Source: Candidatus Latescibacterota bacterium (GTDB lineage Bacteria > Latescibacterota > UBA2968 > GCA-2709665). Taken from it: DNA of 64,000 bases. The stretch spans positions 992,001-1,056,000 of the forward strand of contig OZ220733.1 in the NCBI GenBank assembly GCA_965116875.1, in the 5' to 3' direction. Below the pieces are notes generated by a model. That model made no database searches. It was not told the origin of the DNA and saw only the letters and a list, made by a program, of their open reading frames with translations. A program made the translations under genes and the position numbers. Below are positions 20,754-31,761 of this stretch, in pieces (the first letter of the stretch is position 1; every line of letters begins with the position of its first letter).

Positions 20754-23700
20754 CGGGCGGCTTCGCGTTTCAACGCGTCCTGCATCAAAGTCTCGAAGTA
20801 GCTGCGGATGAGTCGCCGGTACTCGGGGGCGAATCCCGCATCGAGCGCATCCCGGAGTCTTCTTCGAAGCGGGTTATCCGCTTCGCCCAGATCTGACGGC
20901 AACGAACCCGGACCCTGGTATGCAAGGTCGGCGCCTCTCCGGGCGCGTCGTTCACTGCTTCGGCCGCGTTCGCGAATCGATCGCTGCGCATCGAGCAGGC
21001 GTGAGAGAATTCTGCGCTGACGTTCAAGGGTACGGCTGCCTGCGCGGCGGTTCTTGATCTCCTGAATCACGGCCTCCATCTCAGAAGCGATATGGTCCAG
21101 GTCGCCGAGCAGCGCATGTCTGCGGCTGCCCATCTGCCGGCGAATTTCCCGCACCGCCTGCTGGATGGCTCGCTGTCGGGCCGCCATCTGCGCGAGGCTC
21201 ATTTGAAGACCCTGCTCCCCCGGCGACCGACGCGGCGAGTCAAGCGTGGATTCACTCATTTCGTTCAGGCCGGACTGCTGGTCGGCCAACTCCTGCATGC
21301 GCTGGAGCATTTCTTCCAGGCCCACGGAAGAACCGGCGGCGGAGATGTCCCTGATCGCCCTCCGAAGCGCCATCACGACGTCGTTCAGTGCGCCCATCGC
21401 GTCCTTGCCCGTGTCGGCAGCCCGGGAGCCTGCGCCGGCCTGGATATGACCCGCCGTCTCCCTGCCCCTGTTGAGCGCACGACCCAGCGCGGCGCCGGCT
21501 TCAGGCGTCACAAAATAGGTCATCTGTGCGGCTTCCATCAAGTGGTTCGCCAGGCGCGTTGCGCCGGCCAGGATACGGGCCTGCTCGATCGCCAGCGGCG
21601 CCGGATCGCTTTCCCGGGAGATTTCCCCGGCCTTGCGCGCGGTCTGTTCCTGCGCGGCTGAAAGTCCCAGCAGGTTGTGCGTCATCTGGTTGAGGCGTCG
21701 AATCATCGCTTCTTTCTGACGGTTGACGAAAGCCTTCCTGGCCGCCTGGAGCTCCTTCGCGAATCTTTCGAGGTCTCCGGTTATCCGTGCGCCGTGCGTT
21801 CTCGCCAACCCTGCTGACTTGCCGGACAGATGGCGACTGACGGCCCGCATGCGCCCGGGGATGCGCTGCGCTTCAAACCGGTCCGCGAGGCGTCCAAGTT
21901 CATCCGCCGCTTCGGGGAAATCACCCATTTTTCCGGCAGTCTCCCCAAGTTCATCCTCAAATGAACCGGTACGCCGAGCGATCGCGTCCTGCTGCACTGC
22001 AAGGGACGCAGGATCGTGCGGATCGCCGATGTTGTCAACCACGCGATGCTGCTCACGGGACAGTGCTTCCAGTGTTTGCGCCAGCGCCTCAAGGGTCTGT
22101 TCCGTTCGCAGCTGCCGCAGCAGGGCGATCGTCCGCTCCAGAGACTTTTGGAACCCGTCCTGTTCGCTGCGAAACCCCTTCAGGGCCTCCTCCACGGCTT
22201 TGGAATCGACGTGCTGCATTGCGTCTCGGAGTTCCTCCATAGCCTCCTTCAAACGCGGCGACTCGATTTCGGAGAGAAGTTCCTGAATCTGGTTCAGTTT
22301 CTGGAGGGTTTCGTCCCCCAGAAGTCCGCTCTGTTGCAACCTGTCGAGCGTATCTTCGAGTTTCCCGCTGACTTCTTCAAGCTTTTCCGAGGCAGCGGCC
22401 TGGTCATCGATCGCGGTTTCCAGTTCCTTTCCGTGTTGCCACTGCATCTGTCGTTCATTCAAAAGCCGTTGTGCGATCTCTTCCAGGCGTTCCCGTAACG
22501 CCTCTCCCTCTTCCCTGATGGCAGTCATCCGTTCCAAACCCTCTTCGTGAGCCTGTTGGGCCTGCCGGTGGATTTCCAGCAGAGACGGAAAGCGGATGGT
22601 GAACGCCGGTGTTTCCGTTATGCCCGGGCCGGAAACCGTGTTGCCGTCATACGCGCGCAGCCTGAAGACGACCCGATCGCCCGGCAGCAGGTCCAGGCCG
22701 GAGAGGTCCCACACGCAGGTCTGGGTGAGTTCTCCCGCGCCCGGGTTGTCCAGGGGAAAGGGAAGGGCTTCTTCACCCTCGCCGTCGTTGAGGCGGTAAC
22801 GGATTTCGATCCTTGAAACACCGAAGTCGTCCCGAGCCTCCACGAACAGGGGAACCCGCATATCTTCCCCCAGTTCGGTGTCTTTACCCGGTCGGAGCAG
22901 GCGTACTTCGGGAGGATGGTCCTGAAGGGCCACCACACGATATTCCACGGGATTCGCGCTGTCGATATCGTGCGTATCGCGCAACGAGATTGTGTATCGC
23001 CGATTCTTTCTGACGGTCAGATTGAATGAAGCGATATGTCCCTCGACCCGCGCCATTGAAGCAATGCTATCGTCGAAGACGAATTCAGCCGCACTCAACG
23101 GAAGACTGGACCGGACACGAAGTGCGGTCGAAGTTCCGGCGACGGCAACAATGTCACCGCCCTCGGCGTCGCGAACTTCCGCAAGCCCGGTATAGGCCGG
23201 ATAACGGTTGTCATGACGAATCCGGACGGCCATCGGCCGGGGCCTGGCGGTGACCTCGTAGACAGGGGTTACCACGTCGTTCGCACGAAGACGGTACTGG
23301 AACGACCGCGTCACCGCGGGAATCCTGTGTGCGATCCGTCCGTTGCGGACCGGAAGTTCAAGGGATGTCCATCCGTTGTCTTCCCGCTGTCCGATGTGAG
23401 CGCGCAGGGGTACGACACCGGATAATGCGGCCGTTATTGCGAGGGGCTCGCCCGCGATGAGTTCAACGCTCCCGGGATGGACGGAAAGGAACGTCTCGGG
23501 CGGACGGACGTAGCCCGTTGTCGGCGTGGCAAGCCGGCCGGCAGCCGCTGTAAGCGGTCCGGGAAGAATCGCAAACGCCGCGAGAATGACCAGGCCCAGC
23601 GCGCCGCAAAGGGCTGCCGCCCGCATGGGTTTGGAACGGGGAACCAGGGGATCCAGGTTCAGCTTTGCGAGAACCTCATCCGCCTGAATCACGGCGGCTT

Positions 23701-24085
23701 CGACCATGGGAGACGAATAGCTGGCGACTTTATCGGTACACCGGAGTTGCAATGCGCTGATCAGACGCTGCTGAAGGCCGCCGAATGCGTGTTCGACCTG
23801 CAATGCGACGTCTTCCGTTGATGGCAAAATGAAGATCGGGCGAAAGCAGTACACAACCGCAAGACAGGCCACTGCAAGCGCGGCGGCACCTTCCACGGCC
23901 ACCTTGACCGCCGGTGAGAGATACAGGGCGGATTCCAGAAGCAGGAGAACAAGAAAGCATGAGAGCGCACAGCACAACGTCAGTCCCGCGCCGTACAGGC
24001 TACGGGCGGCAACCTGCCTTTTCCGGAGCGCGGTCAGCCTGCCTGAAAGGCTCCGGTACGCGTCATTTGCAGATATTCCGGACAT
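20750..24085 (-). CDS. DUF4175-like membrane-anchored coiled-coil protein
   Basis: N-terminal TM helices, YPAYTG, D.PPEV, ARDDFGV, long Q/E-rich coiled coil, C-terminal P.EYR..I..YF. Confidence 0.82.
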   Translation of the reverse strand: MSGISANDAYRSLSGRLTALRKRQVAARSLYGAGLTLCCALSCFLVLLLLESALYLSPAVKVAVEGAAALAVACLAVVYCFRPIFILPSTEDVALQVEHAFGGLQQRLISALQLRCTDKVASYSSPMVEAAVIQADEVLAKLNLDPLVPRSKPMRAAALCGALGLVILAAFAILPGPLTAAAGRLATPTTGYVRPPETFLSVHPGSVELIAGEPLAITAALSGVVPLRAHIGQREDNGWTSLELPVRNGRIAHRIPAVTRSFQYRLRANDVVTPVYEVTARPRPMAVRIRHDNRYPAYTGLAEVRDAEGGDIVAVAGTSTALRVRSSLPLSAAEFVFDDSIASMARVEGHIASFNLTVRKNRRYTISLRDTHDIDSANPVEYRVVALQDHPPEVRLLRPGKDTELGEDMRVPLFVEARDDFGVSRIEIRYRLNDGEGEEALPFPLDNPGAGELTQTCVWDLSGLDLLPGDRVVFRLRAYDGNTVSGPGITETPAFTIRFPSLLEIHRQAQQAHEEGLERMTAIREEGEALRERLEEIAQRLLNERQMQWQHGKELETAIDDQAAASEKLEEVSGKLEDTLDRLQQSGLLGDETLQKLNQIQELLSEIESPRLKEAMEELRDAMQHVDSKAVEEALKGFRSEQDGFQKSLERTIALLRQLRTEQTLEALAQTLEALSREQHRVVDNIGDPHDPASLAVQQDAIARRTGSFEDELGETAGKMGDFPEAADELGRLADRFEAQRIPGRMRAVSRHLSGKSAGLARTHGARITGDLERFAKELQAARKAFVNRQKEAMIRRLNQMTHNLLGLSAAQEQTARKAGEISRESDPAPLAIEQARILAGATRLANHLMEAAQMTYFVTPEAGAALGRALNRGRETAGHIQAGAGSRAADTGKDAMGALNDVVMALRRAIRDISAAGSSVGLEEMLQRMQELADQQSGLNEMSESTLDSPRRSPGEQGLQMSLAQMAARQRAIQQAVREIRRQMGSRRHALLGDLDHIASEMEAVIQEIKNRRAGSRTLERQRRILSRLLDAQRSIRERGRSSERRARRGADLAYQGPGSLPSDLGEADNPLRRRLRDALDAGFAPEYRRLIRSYFETLMQDALKREAAR

Positions 24086-24164
24086 AGTTTTGGGATACGC
24101 CGCTATTGTCGCGAGGGACCGACGCCGCGGAACCCGCAGTTCGGCTCCTCACCCGGCCGTGCGG

Positions 24165-24887
24165 TCAGTGCGTGAGCGCCCAGACGACGACGTTCGTCCC
24201 CATCTTCAAGGCGGCATCCCGTTTTTCCGGCGGGTCGTCGTGTACCGCGGCATCGTTCCAACCGTCCCCCAGGTCGCACTCGTAATTGTAAAACACGACA
24301 AGCCGTCCCTCGTGAAAGATGCCAAATGCCTGCGGTCGTTTACCGTCGTGTTCGTGGATCTTGGGCAGGCCGTCCGGAAACGGGAAGTGCGATTGAAAGA
24401 TGCCGAATGAAGGCGGCAATTCAACCAGCTCTTTATCGGGGAAGGTTCTCTTGATTTCACGACGAAACGCTTTGTCGAGTCCGTAGTCGTCGTTGGCAAA
24501 GAGGAAGCCTCCGTGTTCAAGATAGGTGCGAAGGCGCATGACTTCATCCTCGGCAAATCGGATATTTCCGTGACCGGTGAGGTACAGAACGGGATAGGCG
24601 AACAGGTCCTCGTCCATGATTTCGACCCTGGCTTCCCGTTCCGCCGTGTGGATCCTCGTTCGGCTTCGGATGAAGGCAAGAAGGTTGGGAATCTCGGTGG
24701 GCCCGTTGTACCAGTCGCCGCCGCCGCCGAATTTGAGCCTCGCCATCGTGAACGATGCGGGAGGATCGGGCAGTTGTGCCGGACAGCGGCCGGCGCCGAA
24801 CGTCATCAGGCAGATCAATACGCAGCCTGCGCCCCATCGGGCGGATCGACCGGCGGCGACATTGCGCGTATCGTCAGCGTCCATCAT
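24165..24887 (-). CDS. DUF4159 family protein
   Basis: LKFGGGGDWY, YLTGHG, GGFLFANDDYG, LPKIHEHDG, DLGDGW, ALKMGTN. Confidence 0.9.
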   Translation of the reverse strand: MMDADDTRNVAAGRSARWGAGCVLICLMTFGAGRCPAQLPDPPASFTMARLKFGGGGDWYNGPTEIPNLLAFIRSRTRIHTAEREARVEIMDEDLFAYPVLYLTGHGNIRFAEDEVMRLRTYLEHGGFLFANDDYGLDKAFRREIKRTFPDKELVELPPSFGIFQSHFPFPDGLPKIHEHDGKRPQAFGIFHEGRLVVFYNYECDLGDGWNDAAVHDDPPEKRDAALKMGTNVVVWALTH

Positions 24888-25053
24888 TTCTGAGACCTGC
24901 CTCCCGTTTCAGCGATTCCCGGGCCGCGTGAGAACACTTCGACAAGCCGTTTCGACAAACTCAACGCAGGCACCACAAGCAACGCGGCGAGAACGGATGA
25001 ACGGTGATTTCGTTCCGGGAAGGGACACGATACGAGAAGTGCCGGGATTCCGG

Positions 25054-25413
25054 TCAGTCGGATTCGATATGCAGCAATGGGTCGGACCGGTCCGGTACGG
25101 GCTTCTTTTCAAAACTGAACGTGCAATCGAATTTCACATCGGCAAGGCATCTCTCGTCGATCGGAAACGCGTTACACTGGAGCGGCCGGTTCTCGTAGAT
25201 GCTGCAGACCGAGAATCCATCGTCCTGTTTGACAAGGAAGGGACATTTGAACAGGATTTCGCAACAGTTTCCGCACCGGTTGCACTCACCCGCAAGCAGC
25301 GTTGCCTGCTCAGCAACATAGGACTTACGGAAGTGGACCAGGAACAGGCGGCGGACTTTCCCCGCGGCCTGTCGCGCCTTGAACGGCAATTTCATGTATG
25401 TGCTGAACTCCAT
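25054..25413 (-). CDS. YkgJ-like CxxCxxCC cysteine-cluster (Fe-S/Zn) protein
   Basis: CNRCGNCC...CPFL...CSIYENRPLQCNAFP. Confidence 0.8.
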   Translation of the reverse strand: MEFSTYMKLPFKARQAAGKVRRLFLVHFRKSYVAEQATLLAGECNRCGNCCEILFKCPFLVKQDDGFSVCSIYENRPLQCNAFPIDERCLADVKFDCTFSFEKKPVPDRSDPLLHIESD

Positions 25414-25430
25414 CTGTCACAGAGTTGAAA

Positions 25431-26942
25431 TCAGGGAACTTCGCGCCTGTCCCCCGATGATTCCCCTGCCCTTACGCCCACCGGCTTCTGCAGCTGAAAG
25501 AGTTGGCGGATTTCCTGCCACTCTCCAGACTCAAGGAAATTCCATCCCCACAGAATGAACGGATAGGCCAGCAACAGAATACAACGGGTGACAATGCCGG
25601 TGGGACTGGCATCGGGTGCAAATCCGGATACGCTGATAAAGACGATCCCGCCGGCGACCCCGACCTTGGCAAGCCTGGCGTACTCGTAGGCGACCGGATA
25701 GAATCGTCGCGTGTGGAGATACAGAAAAACGACCATGACACCGTAGGCGGCCAGTGTGCTCCAGGCTGCGCCGAGTACCCCCATACGCGGGATGAGCAAG
25801 AGGTTGAATCCCACGTTGACGCCCGCGCCCACGCCCACGACAAGCGGCAGCATGCGCGAACGGCCCTCCGCGTACACGCCGGCCGTCAATATAATGTACA
25901 GGCCGGACAACAGGAAAGCAAGGGTTACGATGGGAATGACCCCCTGCGCCGGCAGGTATTCCGCGGCTCTGCTCCCGCAGCCCAGCAGGATGAGATCACG
26001 TGCGAAGGTGGACAACACCAGAAGCAGCAGGGTTGCTCCCGCCGCATAATAGGTGGTCATCCGGGCCACAACGGCGCGGGCCTCGGCCCGATCCGGAATG
26101 GCCAGGACGCCAGGCGCCCACGCGGCGCGAAAAACACGAGTAAGCATTTGCATGGGGAGGCAGAACCGGAAGAGGATTTGCAGGATCCCTACGGGGTCCT
26201 TTCCAAGGAAGAACTTCAGCAGCAGGCGGTCGGACAGATTAATCAGAAGCAGTGCAGCGGCAGAGGGGACAAAGGGCAGACCAAAACGCAGAAGTTCCCT
26301 CAGGGTCGAAGTCGAATAGACGGGCTTGAGGACGCGGAACCCGATCGGGCAAAGCGCCAGAAAGGCAAAGGCGGAACTGACCAGGTTGCTCCAGAAGATC
26401 GCGCGTACTCCGTTGCCTTCCCAGGCGATCAGGTAAACGGTGAGGCCGAGCTGCAGCGTGTGCTGAACGAACCGTACCGACGCGTACGTTCCGGACCTCT
26501 GCCGCACCCTGCACAAAGTGAAAAAGGGCTCGGACAGGGTATCCAGCAAGAGTATGACCGCGACAATCTGAAAGATATCGGCGTAGGACGTGGAATTGAG
26601 AAACACGATGGCCAGACGAGCCGCAGAATTCCATACCAGGAAAGTCAGCACGATGCCCAATGCCGTTAGCGTCCAGTATGCCGTGCTGAACTTGAGGGAT
26701 ATGTCTTCGGAGCGGCGTTCGACCGAGAGGTGGCGTACGAGTCCGTGGTTCAAACCCAGGGCGTACAGGAGAACACTGAAACTGACAAATGCGTACGCGA
26801 GCGCCATGTCGCCGTTTTCGGATGGCGAAAGCAGGCGGGCGTAGACCGGTACGAGAAGGATGCCGGTCGCCTTTCCGAGCAGGTCGCCCATTCCGTAGAC
26901 GGCGGTGTGTCTTGCGAGCGATTTGACGTGTCGGAAGCGCAT
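25431..26942 (-). CDS. Oligosaccharide flippase (Wzx/MATE-like polysaccharide biosynthesis protein)
   Basis: About 14 TM segments, HTAVYG...LLVPVYARLLSP, NLLLIPRMGVLGAAWST. Confidence 0.85.
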   Translation of the reverse strand: MRFRHVKSLARHTAVYGMGDLLGKATGILLVPVYARLLSPSENGDMALAYAFVSFSVLLYALGLNHGLVRHLSVERRSEDISLKFSTAYWTLTALGIVLTFLVWNSAARLAIVFLNSTSYADIFQIVAVILLLDTLSEPFFTLCRVRQRSGTYASVRFVQHTLQLGLTVYLIAWEGNGVRAIFWSNLVSSAFAFLALCPIGFRVLKPVYSTSTLRELLRFGLPFVPSAAALLLINLSDRLLLKFFLGKDPVGILQILFRFCLPMQMLTRVFRAAWAPGVLAIPDRAEARAVVARMTTYYAAGATLLLLVLSTFARDLILLGCGSRAAEYLPAQGVIPIVTLAFLLSGLYIILTAGVYAEGRSRMLPLVVGVGAGVNVGFNLLLIPRMGVLGAAWSTLAAYGVMVVFLYLHTRRFYPVAYEYARLAKVGVAGGIVFISVSGFAPDASPTGIVTRCILLLAYPFILWGWNFLESGEWQEIRQLFQLQKPVGVRAGESSGDRREVP

Positions 26943-27038
26943 GGGCAATACGCGGCCATCCCTCTTTGTCAGATGCGGGCACGACGTCCGCAACTCCAGG
27001 CGCCGCCAACGTCGTGCGGAGTCGGTTGGTTTGGACGT

Positions 27039-29462
27039 CTACAGCATGGAAACCGGGTCGATGTCCACGTCCAGCGTCACTGCGGCGCGGCGGCGACCGT
27101 ATTCCCGCATGGCGCGACGGGCGAGGACGTTCAGGTTTCTTGACGAAGGCGTCTTGATCACGACCTGCCACCGGAAGTTTCTGCGGATACGGGCAAGCGG
27201 CGCCTGCGCCGGTCCCATGACATCAACGTCCGGCAACGCCATTGCGCGCAGTGTCTCGGCGCACAGCCCCGCGGCACGGGCAACGTCATGCTCATGTTTT
27301 CCTTTAAAAAGAAGCAGGGCCATACGGCCGTACGGCGGATAGAGTACGCTGCGTCGCCCCTCCAGTTCAAGCTCGGCAAATCGATGAAAATCGTGGTTCC
27401 GCGCGCACCGCACGGCTTCGCCTTCCGGAAGGTACGTCTGAATGACAACCTCGCCGGGAGTATGCCCGCGTCCGGCCCGGCCACTCACCTGCGTAAGCAA
27501 CTGAAACGTGCGTTCTCCCGCTCTGAAGTCGGGTAGATGGATGCCCGTATCGGCCGAAATGACGCCCACGAGGGTAACCCCGGGAAAATCCAGACCCTTG
27601 GCCACCATCTGTGTGCCCAGCAGGACGTCCGCCCGCCCTTTTCTGAAAGTTTCGAGGATTCGGTCGTGCGCTCCTTTTCTCCTGGTGGTATCGACGTCCA
27701 TCCGGAGCAGGCGCATCTCGGGAAATTGTCCGGTGAGGGCTTCTTCCACGCGTTGCGTGCCCACTCCAAGCAGCTTGAGACGGGTACCCTCACATGCGCG
27801 GCATGCGGACGGCGCCGGGGTATCGAACGCGCAGTAGTGGCACACCATCCGGCGGCCCGGGGCGTGGTACGTGAGCGTGACCCGGCAATTCGGGCATTGT
27901 AGACTGCCTCCACAATCCATGCACTGCACGAAGGGTGCGTAACCTCTGCGGTTTTGCAGCAGGATGACCCGCTCTTTTTTCTCAAGACGGTCCTTTAGCT
28001 TCTCCCGCAAGACCCCCGAAAAAAGACCGCTTTCTTTCCTCATATCCACCAGGGTGACTTCGGGCAGCGGGCGGGAATCAATCCGTTCCGGCAGCGGGAG
28101 CAGATGGAATTTTTCCGTGTCGACGTTGTGAATGGACTCGAGCGCGGGCGTCGCCGAACCCAGTACAATGGGGACATTCTCCATTTTCGCGCGCATTACC
28201 GCCACGTCGCGCGCATTGTACCGGGGCGCCGGATCCGACTGCTTGTATGCGCCATCGTGTTCCTCGTCCACAACGATCAGGCCCAGGTTGGATACCGGCG
28301 CGAAGACCGCCGAACGGGCGCCGATGACGATGGTCCGCCGGCCCTCACGAACGTCCCGCCAGGCATCGTAGCGTTCGCTTTCCGAAAGCGCGCTGTGAAT
28401 GACGGCTACCCGGTTGCCGAAATGGGATCTGAAGCGGCGTACCGTCTGTGGCGTGAGCGAAATCTCGGGAACCAATATCAGCGCGCCAAGTCCGTACTTC
28501 AATACGCGGTCGACAGCCCGGATGTATACCAGCGTTTTACCGCTTCCGGTAACCCCGTGAAGGAGAAAGGAATTGAACCTGGGAGGATTGAGCGAATCCC
28601 GGATTTCCTCCAAAGCGCGCCGCTGATGGACGGTGGGCGTGAGCCGCTCAGGCGCGTTGGACTCAACTTCCGCGTACGGGTCCCTGCGCACTTCCCTGCG
28701 GTAGATCCGAACCAGTCGTCGGTCCGCCAGCGCCTTGAGGATGCCGGATCGGATTCCCGAGCGTGTCAGCGCCGCGGCAGGCATGACGCCGCCGCTTGCC
28801 CGGATGCGCCTGAGACATTCCGCCTGCCGGGGCGCCCGGCGCTCCAGTGCGGACCATTCCACTTCGAACCACCGGGCATCGGGCACCAGTTTCACCATGC
28901 GCTCCTGCATGGGCTTGACCCTGGGGTCTTCGATGGTCTGAAACGTTGTCAGCAAACCCCTTCGAATCAATCCGTACACGGCACTGCGTACCCCGCTGCC
29001 GCGAAGGCGGCGTTGCAGTTGGCTGAGCCTGGACGGGCCGCGTGATTTCAGGTGGTCCAGAACCTGTTGCTGAAAGGGGGTTATCGGGCCGGGGTCCGCG
29101 CCATTGAGCGAGGTAACGGCTATTCGCTGTCCGCTGTGCGTATGGATTCCGGCGGGAAGCGCGGCCGTAAGCACTTCGGATAGCGTGCAGACATAGTAGC
29201 CGGCCATCCATCGGCACAGATCCAGGAGGTCTGGCGAGACGACTGGATAGGCGTCCAGCAGGATGCCGATCGACTTGACGTTTTCCAGGTCGGTCCCGTC
29301 CTGAAAACCGACGACGATGCCGGTCGTCCACCTGGGACCCAGCGGAACGAGCGCTCTGCTACCCATGTGAATCCGGCGCTTGAGGTCATCGGGAACCAGA
29401 TAGGTCATTTCCCGGTCGATTGGCGTGGCGAGGGGGACAATTTGCGCGTAGTTGAAATCCAT
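27039..29462 (-). CDS. priA: Primosomal protein N'
   Basis: GVTGSGKT, LVPEISLTPQ, DEEH, NRRGYAP, CxxC zinc fingers, GTQMVAKGLDFP, QVSGRAGR. Confidence 0.97.
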   Translation of the reverse strand: MDFNYAQIVPLATPIDREMTYLVPDDLKRRIHMGSRALVPLGPRWTTGIVVGFQDGTDLENVKSIGILLDAYPVVSPDLLDLCRWMAGYYVCTLSEVLTAALPAGIHTHSGQRIAVTSLNGADPGPITPFQQQVLDHLKSRGPSRLSQLQRRLRGSGVRSAVYGLIRRGLLTTFQTIEDPRVKPMQERMVKLVPDARWFEVEWSALERRAPRQAECLRRIRASGGVMPAAALTRSGIRSGILKALADRRLVRIYRREVRRDPYAEVESNAPERLTPTVHQRRALEEIRDSLNPPRFNSFLLHGVTGSGKTLVYIRAVDRVLKYGLGALILVPEISLTPQTVRRFRSHFGNRVAVIHSALSESERYDAWRDVREGRRTIVIGARSAVFAPVSNLGLIVVDEEHDGAYKQSDPAPRYNARDVAVMRAKMENVPIVLGSATPALESIHNVDTEKFHLLPLPERIDSRPLPEVTLVDMRKESGLFSGVLREKLKDRLEKKERVILLQNRRGYAPFVQCMDCGGSLQCPNCRVTLTYHAPGRRMVCHYCAFDTPAPSACRACEGTRLKLLGVGTQRVEEALTGQFPEMRLLRMDVDTTRRKGAHDRILETFRKGRADVLLGTQMVAKGLDFPGVTLVGVISADTGIHLPDFRAGERTFQLLTQVSGRAGRGHTPGEVVIQTYLPEGEAVRCARNHDFHRFAELELEGRRSVLYPPYGRMALLLFKGKHEHDVARAAGLCAETLRAMALPDVDVMGPAQAPLARIRRNFRWQVVIKTPSSRNLNVLARRAMREYGRRRAAVTLDVDIDPVSML

Positions 29463-29468
29463 TACGGA

Positions 29469-30371
29469 TCAACGCACGGGTGGCGGCAACACGGATTCAA
29501 CCTCTTCCACCCAGACATTGTGTCGGGAAATGAAGAGTCGGCGCTTCAGGCCGTGTTCTGTAGTGAGGGAAACAGGCTTGTCCTGCAGGAATATGGAGAC
29601 TGCGGAGGGATCTTCAATTTCCACGCGGAACCCATTGAGAGCGGTCCACGTCCGCTGTGTGCCGGAAAGCAGGCGGTCATTGTAGGTGGAATCACCGTCG
29701 CTGAATACCAGAACGCGGGTGTCCATAAGCGCATCAATGCGCAGGACGATCTCGTCTTCCCAGATGCCCGAGTACTGCTGTGGAAGGGAATAGGCCGACA
29801 CGACCCGCTCGTCCTGCGCCCCGTTCACGGCGACGTCCGTTTCACGGGACCCGGCACGCGGGGAGTCGGCAGCCGCTTCCTCGAAGGGACGCTCGGGCGC
29901 GACAGGAGGAACCTCGGGATCCGGCGCTGAGGAAGGTTCCGGACCGGAATCTACCGATGGAGCTACGTATTCTGACACCGGCGCCTCCGTCGATACCGGC
30001 GCCACAGGCGTCGAGTCACGCCGCAGCAACACCCCTGCGATAACGGCAATAAATGCCAGTACGCATAGAATCCCCAAGATGCGGCCCATTGGCAGCGAAG
30101 GTTCCCGCTCCCTGCTCGCAACGCGTTGAGCGGTCGCCGTGACCGGTCTGTTCTTTTCGTATCTGGCCAGCGTCTCCTCGACGTCCAGGCCTATTTCCTG
30201 CGCGTATTTCTTGATAAACAGGCGAACGTAGATTTCCGGAAGGATGTCGTAGTTGCCGGACTCGATCGCACGGAGATACTCGGGGTTGAGCCGCGTCCGT
30301 TCGAACAATTCTTCGAGGGACATACCAATGGATTCGCGTTGTGCGCGTAACTCTGATGCGAATTCCCGCAT
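29469..30371 (-). CDS. rodZ: RodZ-like helix-turn-helix membrane protein
   Basis: N-terminal HTH (LRAIESGNY.ILP..YVRLFIKKYA), single TM, Pro-rich linker, C-terminal DUF4115-like beta domain. Confidence 0.78.
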   Translation of the reverse strand: MREFASELRAQRESIGMSLEELFERTRLNPEYLRAIESGNYDILPEIYVRLFIKKYAQEIGLDVEETLARYEKNRPVTATAQRVASREREPSLPMGRILGILCVLAFIAVIAGVLLRRDSTPVAPVSTEAPVSEYVAPSVDSGPEPSSAPDPEVPPVAPERPFEEAAADSPRAGSRETDVAVNGAQDERVVSAYSLPQQYSGIWEDEIVLRIDALMDTRVLVFSDGDSTYNDRLLSGTQRTWTALNGFRVEIEDPSAVSIFLQDKPVSLTTEHGLKRRLFISRHNVWVEEVESVLPPPVR

Positions 30372-30385
30372 TGGATACTCCGGTA

Positions 30386-30991
30386 TCAATCCTTGCAATG
30401 CCCGGCGGCGTACATCAACGACGAACGACCCGCCAGGCGTTCGAGGAGTGAGCAGAAAAGCGAAATCGGCAATCCGACAACGTTGTAGAAGCATCCGGAG
30501 ATGGACTGGACGAACGCGGCCGCCCTGCCCTGTACCGCATATGCGCCCGCCTTGTCCATAGGTTCGCCTGACTGCACGTACAGGTGAATTTCCTCCGCCG
30601 TGAGCGGTCTCATGGCGACGTCCGTCACGGCCACGTCCCGCAGGGTGCGCCCGGTCCCGGAGTCGATCAACGTCAGGCCGGTATACACGCGGTGCGTCTT
30701 TCCCGAGAGTCTGCTCAGCATGCGAATTGCCTCGTCTTCACCGCCCGGCTTTTCCAGGATGTCGCCATCCGCCACGACCACGGTATCCGCGCCAATTACG
30801 ATTTCCCTGTTGAACCTCGCGGCAACCGCCCGCGCCTTTCGGCCGGAGATTTCCTGCACGTAGTCCGCGGGTGGAATCGATCTGTCCAGGGTTTCCGAAA
30901 CATGGCTCGGCACCACGTCGAAGGACAGGCCGAGCAGGCGCAACAGGTCGGACCGCCTCGGTGATGCAGAGGCCAGAATGAGTTTTTTCAT
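30386..30991 (-). CDS. maf: Maf family nucleotide pyrophosphatase
   Basis: LILASASPRR, IGADTVV, EPMDKAGAY, NVVGLP. Confidence 0.95.
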   Translation of the reverse strand: MKKLILASASPRRSDLLRLLGLSFDVVPSHVSETLDRSIPPADYVQEISGRKARAVAARFNREIVIGADTVVVADGDILEKPGGEDEAIRMLSRLSGKTHRVYTGLTLIDSGTGRTLRDVAVTDVAMRPLTAEEIHLYVQSGEPMDKAGAYAVQGRAAAFVQSISGCFYNVVGLPISLFCSLLERLAGRSSLMYAAGHCKD

Positions 30992-31040
30992 GGCGGGAAA
31001 GGTGTTGCCTGAAATGGCTGCGCGGCGGCGATGTCCCGGC

Positions 31041-31478
31041 CTAGGACTCAACCATCAGGGTAACCGGGCCGTCGTTGTGAATCTCAACCTGCATGTCGGC
31101 CCCGAACTGCCCCGTCCGCACGGATACGCCCTGGCTTCGCAGCGCATCCACGAATTCGCCATAGTACGCCTCGGCCATCTCCGGTGGAGCCGCGCCAGAA
31201 TAACCGGGACGGCGGCCCTTCCGGGTATCGCCGTAGAGCGTGAATTGCGAGACGACCAGAACCTGCCCCCCAATTTCCAAGAGGGAACGGTTCATCCTGC
31301 CCTGTTCGTCTTCAAATATCCGCAGGTGGATGCATTTGCCGGCCACGTACTGTATGTTGTCGGGTGTGTCTTCACGGCCGACGCCCAGAAGTATCAGCAT
31401 CCCCCGACCGATTTCGGCCGTGAGTTCCCCGTTGATGAACACCGCGGAACGGCTGACCCGTTGTACAAGCGCACGCAC
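31041..31478 (-). CDS. dtd: D-aminoacyl-tRNA deacylase
   Basis: RALVQRV, LRIFED, SQFTL, NDGPVT; GTG start at 31478. Confidence 0.96.
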   Translation of the reverse strand: MRALVQRVSRSAVFINGELTAEIGRGMLILLGVGREDTPDNIQYVAGKCIHLRIFEDEQGRMNRSLLEIGGQVLVVSQFTLYGDTRKGRRPGYSGAAPPEMAEAYYGEFVDALRSQGVSVRTGQFGADMQVEIHNDGPVTLMVES

Positions 31479-31761
31479 CCTGGTTCCTGGAATACCAAGA
31501 AGCTGACTTAAAATTCCCAGCGGTCTTCGCACGGCTGCAAAAGCACCGGTCGGAAACTCGCCGGTAATCTTAAAACAACTTCCAATGAACGCCACCAAAA
31601 AGGTGGGTTGCGGTGGAGATATCCGGCATGAGGGGCAATACAACATGCCAATCTGTAATGTAGCCGATTCACAGGGGCGAGGCAAGCGAAACAACGAGCC
31701 GCGAAAACGAGGACCGGACGCAGAAATTGAGAAACAGGACGCCGTTTCTTCGCGGCCGCGT